A stretch of DNA of 61,532 nt, counting the filler, from Rhabdomonas costata (Eukaryota), in assembly GCA_019059605.1 (NCBI GenBank). It is 12 parts of 12 records of this genome, joined end to end, with 100 filler letters (N's around TTAATTAATTAA, not from the genome) between each part and the next. Parts side by side here need not be neighbours in the genome. Positions count along the whole stretch, not along the records: positions 10,360 to 15,429 come from JAHMHO010000108.1; positions 15,530 to 20,606 come from JAHMHO010000109.1; positions 20,707 to 25,752 come from JAHMHO010000110.1; 9 more parts are not named here. The stretch is one strand, 5' to 3'. The notes under the pieces were generated by a model. It did not search any database and had not been told where the DNA came from. It worked only from the letters and a program-made list of their open reading frames with translations. The position numbers and the translations under genes are program-made. Shown here piece after piece: positions 10,467 through 21,572 of this stretch (positions are counted from its first letter, which is position 1; the number at the start of each line of letters is the position of its first letter).

Positions 10467-13400
10467 GACCTTTTGTGCTTTGGTGCTTGGCTTTGTGTTC
10501 GAGTGGCGCCGTCGCCGCCTGGCCTCCACGTGACCTCTCTCCCCCCTCCTCTCTCTCTCGGGCTCTCAGGCGCTATCAAGTGTGAGCTCCTTCTTTTTTT
10601 TTGATGATAGTGGTGGCGGTGTGGTTTGTGGGTGTCTGTGACGATAGCTTCCGCAAGAGCACCCTGCAGACGGAGCGACAGATCCTGCTGAGCAAGTTCC
10701 GCAAGGTGTCCCGGATGGACCCCTCGGGCACCCGAAAGCCTTCCATAAACCCGTCCCCCTCCATGGTGTCCGTCAACTCGCCTTCCAGTTCTGCGAGCCC
10801 GGTGTGTATATGTGCGTGCGTGCGTGAGTTGGGTTGTTTTTTAGGTGGGATTTTAGTACTGTTTTTATGGTTTTTGGTTGTTCATTACCCGCAAAGAGGC
10901 GTTTCTACTTGGGTGTTGTTTGCACGTGAAACGAGAGGATCATGGTCAGTCTAAATGCGCTCCAATAACGGTGGAGAACGTCATAACGTTTCAGTTGACG
11001 TTTCGATAAAGGTGTTGCACAGCTCAAGGTCTGCAGTCACGTGTGCGGTCTCTCTCTCTTTCAGGCGCCCCAGAAAGTGACTCACCTCCAGGTTGGGGTT
11101 GGTCCGATCACGCCATCGTCGATCACCCATGTGGCTCCCCCGACCACAGTTTCTTCCCCTGGCAGCGGAGGTTCAGCGGTGTGCATCTGTATGCCTATGA
11201 GCATGGGTACGGATTTGGGCGTCGCATGCGCCAGTGGGGCGATAACGGGACAGTCGCTGATGTTCTTTGAGGTTAGGCGTCCAGCCCCCGCCCCGGTTAT
11301 TCCATTTGTGGGGGATTCATAACTTGCGGGAAGAGATGGAATGGTGAAGGAGTATCATCCGAAATCGGAAACTTTGGATCCCCCCGATGTGTTGAAAAGG
11401 AGGAGTCATCTCTCCACCTCCGCACGAAGCAAAAAAACAAACAGCAAACACACCCGCAGGAGGTTTCCATCTCAATGGAGGTGTCGGAGCACCCTGGGGA
11501 TGGTGACGAGGTCGAGGACTATGTGAAGTTCCAGCGGGTGGAGGTCCAAGGCCCGACCGAGGATGACCCCAGGGTGGACCCCCACCTCCCTCTCTCCCGT
11601 TTTTTGTTTCGCTTCACCTGATGAAAGTCGGAAAGTGGGATTTATCCCTTCACAGAAAAGCCACGTGTATCTTTCCTCAGACTTCGATTGCATTCAACAT
11701 CTGTTGGTTCAGCTTGACCCAGGCCCCCGCGCAACAATGCGCGGTGAACGCCAAAATTAATTACTAAGGCTCTTGAAGGGGTTGCACCCCGTAATTGCGT
11801 TGCTGCATCCTCCCTGCTTTCCGTGTTCATTTTTGTCTGCAGTTATGGCTCCTTGGATGGAAAGACTGGATTAGTTTTTTTGCTGATTGGTGTCTTCAGG
11901 TTGTTAATGCGGTCTGCCTGCTGAAGAAGGCCACGGACCTGCGAGAGAAGTACCATTGGAAGGCCATTCCCCCTTGGCAGAAAGTCAAACGCGACCTGGT
12001 GAGCGCGTGCATCTGTTTGTGGGCGTGAAGGGAGGTGGGGGGTGAAGTTAGGTGAGTTCAAACCCTATGGGTTTTGGTGATCCAGAGAGGATAGTCCCAG
12101 AAAATGTGTGGCCTTTCTGCGAAGACAATCCTCATAGGGGATTTTTCTATCCTCAACTAGATCTTTGCTTCAGCGCACTTTCTTGGTTTCTTTTTTTCGC
12201 CACAAAGAGCCTGTTGTCTCTTGTGCTGTCGCCAATTTGACCACACATTCTCGTTTTTTCGCAAACAGAACCCTGGAGCATACACCGTAAAGATGGAGGA
12301 TGGAGTCCCTTTGGTGTTATCCAAGGCCCACCCTGAGCGAGGTCTGCTGAAGGCTCCTTTTCTGTACTGCTGCTGGACTGAATCACCCCTGTATCACTGC
12401 GCGGGAGGCAAGGGAACTGACTTGTGCTTGTGCGTGTGCTTGTGCTTGTGCTGCTTCTTGACGCTTTTGTTGGCTGATATCGTTTTCTTTCTCGGCTGTG
12501 GCGGACGGGTTCGGCAGATTTTGATTAGGGGCAGAGGCCAGTCCGTGGTACGGCTCTGGATGAAGCGGAACAATTCCCAGGATATACGTAGTTTCTTTGT
12601 TTTGGTGGCGACGTGCGTCAAAGCAGGCGTACCCGTAAGAGGGTTTTTGAAGGCTTTCAAGATTCACAACACACTTTATATCGCGGTTACAGTGCGTAAC
12701 GCTTTCCCCTTCCTCACCCTCCTGCTGTGTTCCGAATCCGCTTTTCCACCGCGCGATGATGCTGACTGGCTGGTGGGGACGGCGTTTTCATGAATCTCTC
12801 TCTCCATCACTGACTGGATCGCTATATGGCCTCCGCCCACCCCGCCCGCCACACAGGCTCGATCTTCCAGGTTATTTCCGTGTCGGACTTTTTGACGGAC
12901 ATCAACGTGCTGCACGACATTGTCGAGAACGTCGACGTGCAGGCCCTGGCGTACAACCGCCTGAGGCTGCTGGAGCACAAGTTCGCCCTGCACTGTGCAC
13001 TGAACTCTCTCAACGAGAGCGGGTACGTTGTTTGTTTGAGTGTGTGCGTGTGTTTGCATGAGTGCGGATTCTTCACCTGCATACCTTTTTTGTCCCCATT
13101 CAATGTCTCCGCACACTGATTAGCGTACAACCGCTTCCAAGGGCAGCTGGGTACCTGCATTTTTAGTATCGCGTGTTTGTTTGAAGCCAGCTGAATGTAG
13201 ACAACAACCAATTCAAGCAATTTCCAGAAATCTGTTCAAAGAGGAGGGCAAGAATGTCAGGAACAGAGGGGGTGAATTGAAGAGGGATGGAAGTATAGAG
13301 GAGGAGCAGAAACAGAAAAACGGACTGAGAAGAGCTGATTCATTCAACCAACCTTGGCCAACTGACTCACTTGAGCAGGAATTATGAAACGTGAGATTGT

Positions 13401-15287
13401 GCTTCCGGGTGGGACTCTTGATAGTTGGCGCGCACAGCGTAACGTACCGTGAGGAATTGAAGAGAAGCCTCTCTGTGGGGTTTTCTTCTCGTTTATATTT
13501 CCTGCTCAGCTTTGGCACGGCCCGAGATTTCTACAAGAGCTACAAAGTGGACACTCACGTGCACATGGCGGCGGGGATGACTGCAAAGCAGGTCCCTCAT
13601 CGCCCGGATATAAGGAGTGGGGGGAAATGCCATGACCCTCGGTTGCGAAGTTGATGGTGGTGTGTGTGTTCCTGAGCGTTGGGCGGGGGCTTGCAGCTTC
13701 TGGAGTTCCTGATCGAGAAGGCGGAACACCACTCTGACGACATCGTCTCGGTGGATAAGGCCACGGGGAAGACCGTGACCTTGGGCGAAATGCTCTCCCG
13801 CTACAACATCGACGTCCGGAAGCTCACCGTGGATGCGCTGAACGTGCAGGCCGACGCCTCTCTCTTTGAGCGGTCTCTCTTATTTCACTCAGCCCTTTCT
13901 CGCTCGAAAGGGTTGAAGGAGACCTTCTGGAACTGCTGTACTTGATGCGTGCGAATAACTTTGTTTGCGTGGACGAGAGACTGAGTGGGAGTCTGGGTTT
14001 GTCCATCAGCTTTGACATCTTCAACGCGCGGTACAACCCTCTCGGCCATGACGAGCTGCGGACCCTCGTGCTGAAGCCGGACAACTACATGGTACGCTGG
14101 CCCCCGCCCCTATGCTTGGATACTTTTCCGTAGACCTTTTTATTCATCTTTCTTTCGTTTGAATCTTGTTTCTCTCCTATTGATGACTGGTGAGTCGGTT
14201 TACAATTGCAATTTTGAACAGGGTGGGCGATACTTTGCGGAGCTGATCAAGAAGTACACGTTCGCGCAGTTTGAGGAGGACGCGTACACCTTTGCCGAGA
14301 ACCGGATCAGCGTGTACGGGTCTGGAGGCACATGTGGGGGAGTTCTTATGGGCGGGGCAGGACGAGCGCTCTGCTTCCTGACTCGCTGTCTTCCCTTTTT
14401 TTTTTTCGCCTGTGGCTCCCCTTTTCTCGAATTTTTCTGTGGTTCTTCTCGTTCTTGCTCACTTCGCCCCGCTTCTTTTTGACACAGGAAGAGTCGGAAG
14501 GAATGGGCGAAGCTGGCAGAGTGGTTCCACACCCACGGTGCGTCAACGTGTTTCTCCCCCCTCCCGCACATTTTCTTCTCCGACGCTCGGCGTGTGTGCT
14601 CGCGTTGTTCCCTTAATGTGCGGGTGCGGGTCTTCGCTTACTTCCTGTATGTGCTTGAAGTGCGTGTTGGGGGGGGCGTGCCGTGTCTTCCTTACAACTG
14701 TACTTCTTCGGTACGGTGGATGGCACACTGGACGTGGCACGAACACGCACCTAGTGATTCGGCTGGCTGGACCGAGGTTCAAGCAGCCCCGTCTTGTGTG
14801 GCCTTTTTGGTTGGTTTAGGACAACTTTTGGGCAATTCTCAGCAGAAGGACATGGGCGTACCGCTTCCGTATTTTCCTGTGTAATCCTAGGGATGGCCTC
14901 GAAGCACAATAAGTGGCTGGTGCAGCTGCCTCGGGCCTACACAGGGCTGGTGCGCAGCAAGGCCATTAAGTCCTTCGGAGAACTGCTGGAGAACTTCTTC
15001 CTCCCCTTGTGGGAAGTTTCGATGGTAATGTGTGCTCACTATATATGCCCGCCCTCACGGGCACACTGACGCACTTCAGGAAATGGGCTATGAGCTTCTT
15101 CACTACCGCCCTCCCTCCCCTCCTGTTTGCAGGATCCCAACAGCAATCCCATCCTGGAGCACTTCCTGTCCCGGCACATGTCGGGCTTTGACTGTGTGGA
15201 CAACGAGTCCAACATCGACCCCCCGTTCCCTCTGAACACCCCGCCTCACGAGTGGACCAGTGAAGAGGGGCCCCCGTACAACTACTG
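10467..15287 (+). CDS. AMPD: AMP deaminase, partial (about 14 exons, all GT-AG)
   Basis: Spliced product has FQRVEV, LREKY, NRLRLLEHKFALH, RDFYKSYKVDTHVHMAAGMTAKQLLEF, FDIFNARYNPLG, GRYFAELIK, ISVYG, WLVQLPR and GFDCVDNES...PPYNYW. Example exons: 10648-10801, 13511-13591, 13697-13872, 14010-14091, 15133-15287. Confidence 0.97.
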
Positions 15288-15378
15288 GTCGGGCCTGTGG
15301 CCTTCCCCTCCCACCTACCCACCCTGGCTTCGGTAGGAAAGTGAAGCGTGGCGTATGCGTTGCTGGTTACGATGGGGG

Positions 15379-15428
15379 GGGGTGTTCAGAGGGAACGGGG
15401 GGTCGATGTTGGACTCGTTGTCCACACA
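15379..15428 (-). other. Fold-back (inverted) copy of 15193-15242 at a contig end; probable amplification chimera
   Basis: 50-bp exact reverse complement of an AMPD exon segment immediately before the linker. Confidence 0.9.
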
Positions 15429-15529
15429 CNNNNNNNNNNNNNNNNNNNNNNNNNNNNNNNNNNNNNNNNNNNNTTAATTAATTAANNNNNNNNNNNNNNN
15501 NNNNNNNNNNNNNNNNNNNNNNNNNNNNN

Positions 15530-17000
15530 AATGAGAAATTGACGCAGTGTGTTGAATTTTTGAATACAATCACGATAGTAGATTGTAGATTGCATTTACG
15601 AGATGATTTATTACGCAGGCAAGGCTAAGGTGGTTTTGAAGTTTGATTTTCATGCACGTTCTTATCAGATTTGTTATGAGCATGTTGATCTTTTAAGACA
15701 AATTTCGTCACGTTTTTTGATTCAGTTTGTGTTGTGCAATGCTTCGTAGACGTTCCGGATGACGATGGAAATTATTCTGGATGATTTGATACACGACAGG
15801 AGCAAATGAGGATAACATTTTTGTGCACGCGTACACAATGGCGCAGCGGGTTGAAGCGTTGGGAGTATTTTATGATAGATTGATGAAGTAGAATCTGTTT
15901 GCCAATCCAGAGAAGTGTTTGGTAAGACTGGAGTACTGTTGGTTTATTCTTGGTAGAGATGGAATTAGTCCGCAGACGAGGAATTGTCCAAAGTATAAAA
16001 ACCCAGTTGGTGTTAAGAGTTTTTGATCTTTGCGGGTTCTACCAGAGCTCCATTACAGTTTATGCAGCTCCATTGACAAATTTGATATATAAGTAGTTAA
16101 ATGGCATGAGAGAGTGTTTCAAGAGTTGAAGCTGACTTTGTTGAACAAACTAAATCTAGTGCCAGAGGACTTTCGCAAGCCTATGGTGTTTCATGCGGAT
16201 GCATCGGACGTTGGCGTCAGAGCGACACTGACTCACACAGAGATGATGGGAAGGTGCATCTTGTAGCTTTCAGGTCAAAAAAGTTGACAGGTTCATAAAA
16301 GAACTACACGAGAAGGAGATGTTGGAGTTGGACGAAACTTTGGAAGAGTGGATACATTATCTGCTTGGAGCTGAGAAATTCACCGTTGAACTACATGCAG
16401 AGACCTTCGCTGACGCAAGTAAGTTGGAAACTTTGGTTGAAATAGTTACAGCGATACACGTTAAAGATCGTGCATGTCACAGAAAGGCTAAAAGTAGCAG
16501 CGGATGCGTTGTCGCATTATACATCTGATAATTCAGAGTTGTTGGCAATGGTAGTGCAGATTTGTTGTACCCAAGGAATTTTTAATAATGACCCCTTTGT
16601 GTGCCGATGAGTGATCGCAGAAGATCGCGAGGATTTTTGTAGGCCAGACTATTGAAATAGACCATCAATTAGAAGGAAATATTCAATGCGACTAAGGAAG
16701 AGTTGCTAGATTCCAAGAAGATGCAATAGTATATGGGACTTTGGAAAATTGTTGTACATCTTAGTAGATGGCGGGATGTGATTGCAGAGTATCAAAGCTC
16801 CAAAAGTATGACATTGGTCAGGGCTAATGACTAAAGAAATTCTGAAGAAGGCCTACATTTTTGCAACATTAAGAGGAAGGTCAAGGCGTACGTGATGTCT
16901 TGTGACATTTTTCTAGATGATACTCATCTAGAGTCATCTAGATAAATCCTGTACAATGTCAAACGTGAGCATAGAAAATTACAGCAAAATATTGTTGGTA
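15530..17000 (+). mobile_element. Degenerate Ty3/Gypsy LTR retrotransposon pol (RT, RNase H and probable integrase remnants)
   Basis: Fragments ILDDLI (YLDD-like, ~15773), NPEKC, PMVFHADASDVGVRATL (RNase H, ~16180), VAFRSKKLT and EEWIHYLLGAEKFTV, with many stops and frameshifts. Confidence 0.8.
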
Positions 17001-17665
17001 TATAACAAAGCGCAAACATGTGCTGTGTTTAAATGGGTTTATGGCGCCATGCACGTGCAGGTGTCTATGGTGTGTGGGCTGAGTCCCCACGCAACTTACA
17101 TATGGTTGGAATTACTAGACTTGCCTTATTTAACATACAGACATGTTTGATCTGTTTTATTTCACGCCTGGAACGCCTCTGTGGCAAACAACGAGTGGTG
17201 TTTACTCAAGATATTGATGACGCCTTGTATGTATTTCACCACGTGGCGTTGTAGCCAACATGTAATACCTCAGGCAATTTAAAGTCGCGTGGTATATCAC
17301 TAACTCCAATACGTTATTTATATTCCTGTAATGTCCTAGTGTGTTTTTACATCCACTTTGTTTCCACTCATGCAGAGACATTCGCGTATGTTTCACATGA
17401 TATTGGTTGCTATTTCGCTGTTTCAGGAAAAATCGAACACCACGTTTTGCTCAACTTCCTAATTGTGAAAATGGCAAAAAAAAAAAGCGAGTATGCGCTT
17501 CGATCAGTGTTTAAAGTCCTTACGCAAACCAAAAGTCCAAATGAGCTCGCTTAGTTTTCCGCATAAACGAAGCACATTGTTACTATTATTCTGTTTTGTT
17601 ATTCAGTTGAAACATACTCTCCTTACTTTGAACGCCCTTCACAGGAAACACTACTCAAGAGCCTT

Positions 17666-18448
17666 TTATATGCTCGGGAAGACGTACTCAATGTCGGCGT
17701 CCAGTCTGAGCTTCCAGCTGCGCTGAATCATAGTCATGATGTAAGGCCACACCAAAATGTGTCCACAGTTCACAGATAAGTCTCTTGGTTTAAATTTTCT
17801 TTGTCTGGACATGGCAACCTGCGTTTTTGGTGTGAGATTCATTAGATCCAACTATGGAAGCTGCCACTGCAGGCGCATCCAGGCGGATAATGGATTCTTC
17901 TAATGGTGCTCCTTCAGTTACTTATTCTTGAACTTCTCCAGCTCCTTCTGTATGAGTTTATCCACCTTGGCACTGTCATCGGGCTCCATAAACATCGAGT
18001 CGAAGACCTTTGTTGCCACATGTAGCAGGTACATTACGGATGCACTGCGGGCCAGCCGGACCTTGAAGATGTATTGCAAGCTCAGCGTTACCTGTTCATC
18101 TACGAACTACATTTACAGAAGAATTGTTAAAAATCTCACCAGAACCCGCTGTGCCGCTGATGCCAGCGATCTCGGCGACAATGGTGTCCAGCTGCTCGCA
18201 CCGGTCGAATGGCTACCACACCACGACGACAAAGCGGATGAGCAGAGACGAGGAGTGCCGGAACCGCTTGCACGCGTAGCACCAATCGGAGGGGTTCTGT
18301 GCGGCAAAGAGGCGGAAATTGTGATTCCGGGGTATCCGCAGCGTGCCGTAGGGGCCGATGAGGTACCCACTCTCGGCAAGGTTCCACGGGATCTCTCGCA
18401 TGCCACGGTCTATTCACAGCTCCAAGCACTGCAGCACGTGATCGGAAA
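17666..18448 (-). pseudogene. Midasin/dynein-related AAA ATPase (AAA_5-like) gene fragment with in-frame stops
   Basis: Exon 18448-18140 reads SDHVLQCLEL*IDRG...IPRNHNFRLFAAQNPSDWCYACKRFRHSSSLLIRFVVVVW*PFD, resembling the HPNFRLFATQNP...R..LS.A..NRF motif. TGA at 18414-18416 and TAG at 18213-18215. Confidence 0.65.
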
Positions 18449-19639
18449 CTGCGGCAAAGAAAACGCGCAAATATTGAGAGTGAATCAAACGTTTAGGCTG
18501 AGTAGGTGAGCTTTGAAAGAGCTCAGGAATGAATACGAGATGGAAGATCCAGCAATATTCGCATTGCATTGTTTTGGTGGATAGGTCCGAGTTCAACCAC
18601 AAGGCGACATGGTGTTCAGTCGACCCACCAAGTTGCGCTCAATGTGGTGTGATACATCCAAACGTTCTACATGTAGTGATATTTTTAAATAAAACCGCGC
18701 AGTATAATGGCGAGAACTCGTTGGCAAGAGCGAATTGCAATACTTCATAGAGAGTGTTGCGATGATGCCAGTGCTAATTTTACATTTTGCACATCCGCAG
18801 GATGGTCTGCCCTACGTACCGGAAACACGAGGCAAAATGAAACATGCCGTAAATCAGGCCAGACTTGTTTTAAATCACCGAAGCGTTATTTAAGTGCATG
18901 CCATTGTTTATCGTGTCCTGGTCCTGATTTGAATACCTCTAAGTATGCCTGGATTGTACCAGCGCCTGCTTACAAGCCATTTCATTCAATTCCTCCATGA
19001 ATATATTATGGTGCCGCCGGATTCTGGAGACTTGCGGATCGTGCTTGGCGCATGGTTTCGTTAGTGGAAGTGGTCAATCAATATGGACTCAATGCAACAT
19101 TAATCATTTGCCACTGCGGAGGGTTTTTAGGAAGCATGACGACAAGCTTTGTTTCAGGCCTTGCAGGTGTGATGAATTGGGCTTGGGTGTGTCAAATGGA
19201 TGGCAAAAATAATGCACGTCTTTTTGTGGTGGTTGTTACGCGGTGCTAACAACATCAGCGGACCATGTTTGGTGAGTTTCCAAATCTGAACATGGAGAAG
19301 AAAGACGAGTGCGGCCATCACACATTGCGCCTTGTCGCGGTGTGCTGTGGAGTGTCCTTGTTGTTTTGTTTCTGCACACTTGTTGGTTATTTGGCACGTT
19401 TACTGTGCTGCTGTTCGTTACTGACGACAAAAAGTGCGGCTTGCACATAAAATTCCCAATGGTGTAACGCTGCTGTGTTTCAGCTGATGCATCCAGGTTG
19501 GAAGCCATCAAAGTACTGGTGGACGACATGTATACACAAGAATACGGGTGAAGGAAAAATGTGGTGCTAGGGATGAGTGGTGCTTTTCCAGAGATTTTCC
19601 GTCATTCCACCAAAGGAATTGATATAAACAATTGACTCA

Positions 19640-20606
19640 ATTTCTAGTAATTCACCACTGTAGTTATGGCAGTAAACTGCACATGAACGGGTGGCTGAGA
19701 GACAGTGAAATGCACGAGCCACTGTGGTAGCAATTGAACGGCAGATTGGTGAGCCAAAATATACCGGCGCAGCTGATGATTCTGTCGGCTTGCAAATAGA
19801 TCTACATGAGGAGCGATACCAAAGTTCTGGCATATTGCCAAGAAAGAAACTCGCCACAGCATCACGTCATCATTGCTTCTGAAATGATGGTGAGGGTCAT
19901 TGTGTTCAGACTCGCTCACTGAAAATGGACTACACATCTGTGCCAACGTGACACAGGATCACAAAAGGACAATCCATATGCACTGCTACATCACTGGAAG
20001 TTGGCTTGCCTCTTAATTTTGGCAAGGTGTAACGATCCAGATCTCCCAGGTGTTCCACATCCATAGACATATGAGAAAAATCACTTGCGTGGTACGCGGA
20101 CATTTTCCAGAGATTTTCCAGAGTACACCATGCCAAATGTCAGCTGAGGCTAAGTTGAAGCTCAGCTTTCGTGAGGCAGTACCAGTAGAGGGGAAGAGGG
20201 TGTCAAAAGACGTGCAAGCGCGCAGAACAGGATGAGCGTGTGCGGCATCGTTCCACTTCCACAACCCCCTTTTTGGTGGAAGATTGTGGAATGTCATAGG
20301 AGGCAATACCCCACCCAGAGAAACCATTCCACAGCCCAGAAGGTGTGAATGCAAATGTCCCCACCCAAAAGATCCAAGCTCCTTTGCCAAGATCTGCATT
20401 CACGAGCCAACGGTGCATCCTATGCTCCCACTGTTCTTCAGAGTTTTGCCCCAAGAGGTTGCCATATTCACGCCAAAGCGGCTTGGTAAATCGAAACGAG
20501 GTCGGCAACACCCCACCGTTTTAAAAAGGCGACGCCCGGAGGAAGCACCAACATTACCAACGGACGAACGGAAGAAACCTCCGCCCCATTTTATTTGCCA
20601 AACCCC
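19640..20606 (-). mobile_element. Degenerate DIRS/Ngaro-like retroelement (RT/RNase H remnants plus adenine-methyltransferase-like domain)
   Basis: SFLAICQNFGIAPHVDLFASRQNHQLRRY matches the DIRS-associated F..I...FG.P.IDLFAS..N.QL.RY motif. Upstream frames are broken. Confidence 0.6.
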
Positions 20607-21572
20607 NNNNNNNNNNNNNNNNNNNNNNNNNNNNNNNNNNNNNNNNNNNNTTAATTAATTAANNNNNNNNNNNNNNNNNNNNNNNNNNNNNNNNNNNNNN
20701 NNNNNNGGTTGTTGTGTTCCGCCTTCACGCCTTGCATAAGTGTGGTCCTGCCCCTGTGGTTGGAGGTGGGGTGTCGGGAGTAACCAGGTTCATGTAAGAG
20801 GGTCTTGTGCCTGTCACCAGAGGTCCGAACCAAATGTCCCCGTCCAATGCAAGAATATATTTAAGCAAACCTACGCAGCCATGCTGCGTCGCAGCGATAT
20901 GGGTATGGTACATGTTAGCACTGAAATCACCCGACGGTAACATCCATACATCAAGCCAACGAACTGGGGATCCGCTGCGAGTATGTCAACTGCCCGTGAA
21001 CCTCTTTGTGATGGCCCGGCTGAAAGCTTAGGGTCAATATGGATGCCTGCATTGCTCCAGTGCGCCGCATGGCATGACCTCCGCGACCCGTGCGTCTCTG
21101 ACCTTCGCCCTTACTCTTAGGGAACGCTGACACAGGCTACTTAACCTCCGCGTTGCATTTATTTCGAGGGTCATTTCCCTCACCTTTTTTTTAACAGCAA
21201 CTTGTGTTTGTCTTTTTCTGTTCCCCCCGTGGCCAACCCAAATTGCCCCCAACCAGGTATGGGCCCCAACCGGCCAGTCTAGCCCCCATACACATACCCG
21301 GTCTTGCAGGCTCTGGGTCCCAGGTGGTCTACGTTGGAAGCCACCCAGAGAATTGGGTGAATATTTGAGCCGATCCTCTCCCCTCCCCTCCCCTCACCCC
21401 ATTTCCGAGCTGATTCGCGAAGATTGGTACAGTTCCCGAACCCGGCTGAGGAGGATGGATGGTATTGCTGATTCGATGTTTAATTTTCAAACGGCGGTCT
21501 CCTCAGATGGACAGGGATCGAACAACCCTCTTGTCCCATCCTTTGTGGCTGCCCTCGTCGCCTCCATGGATG

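Noticed and set aside
15193-15428. Inverted exon copy as a natural hairpin or antisense regulator of AMPD
   Set aside because: It is a perfect copy ending at the contig edge in an A/C tail, typical of an amplification fold-back.
18213-18416. In-frame TAG and TGA as evidence of stop-codon reassignment
   Set aside because: AMPD, ABCG and CFAP54 exons contain no in-frame stops, and genes end normally in TAA, TAG or TGA. A pseudogene among transposon debris is simpler.
20707-21300. Possible non-LTR retroelement fragment
   Set aside because: It looks like decayed coding sequence, but no diagnostic RT or endonuclease motif could be read.
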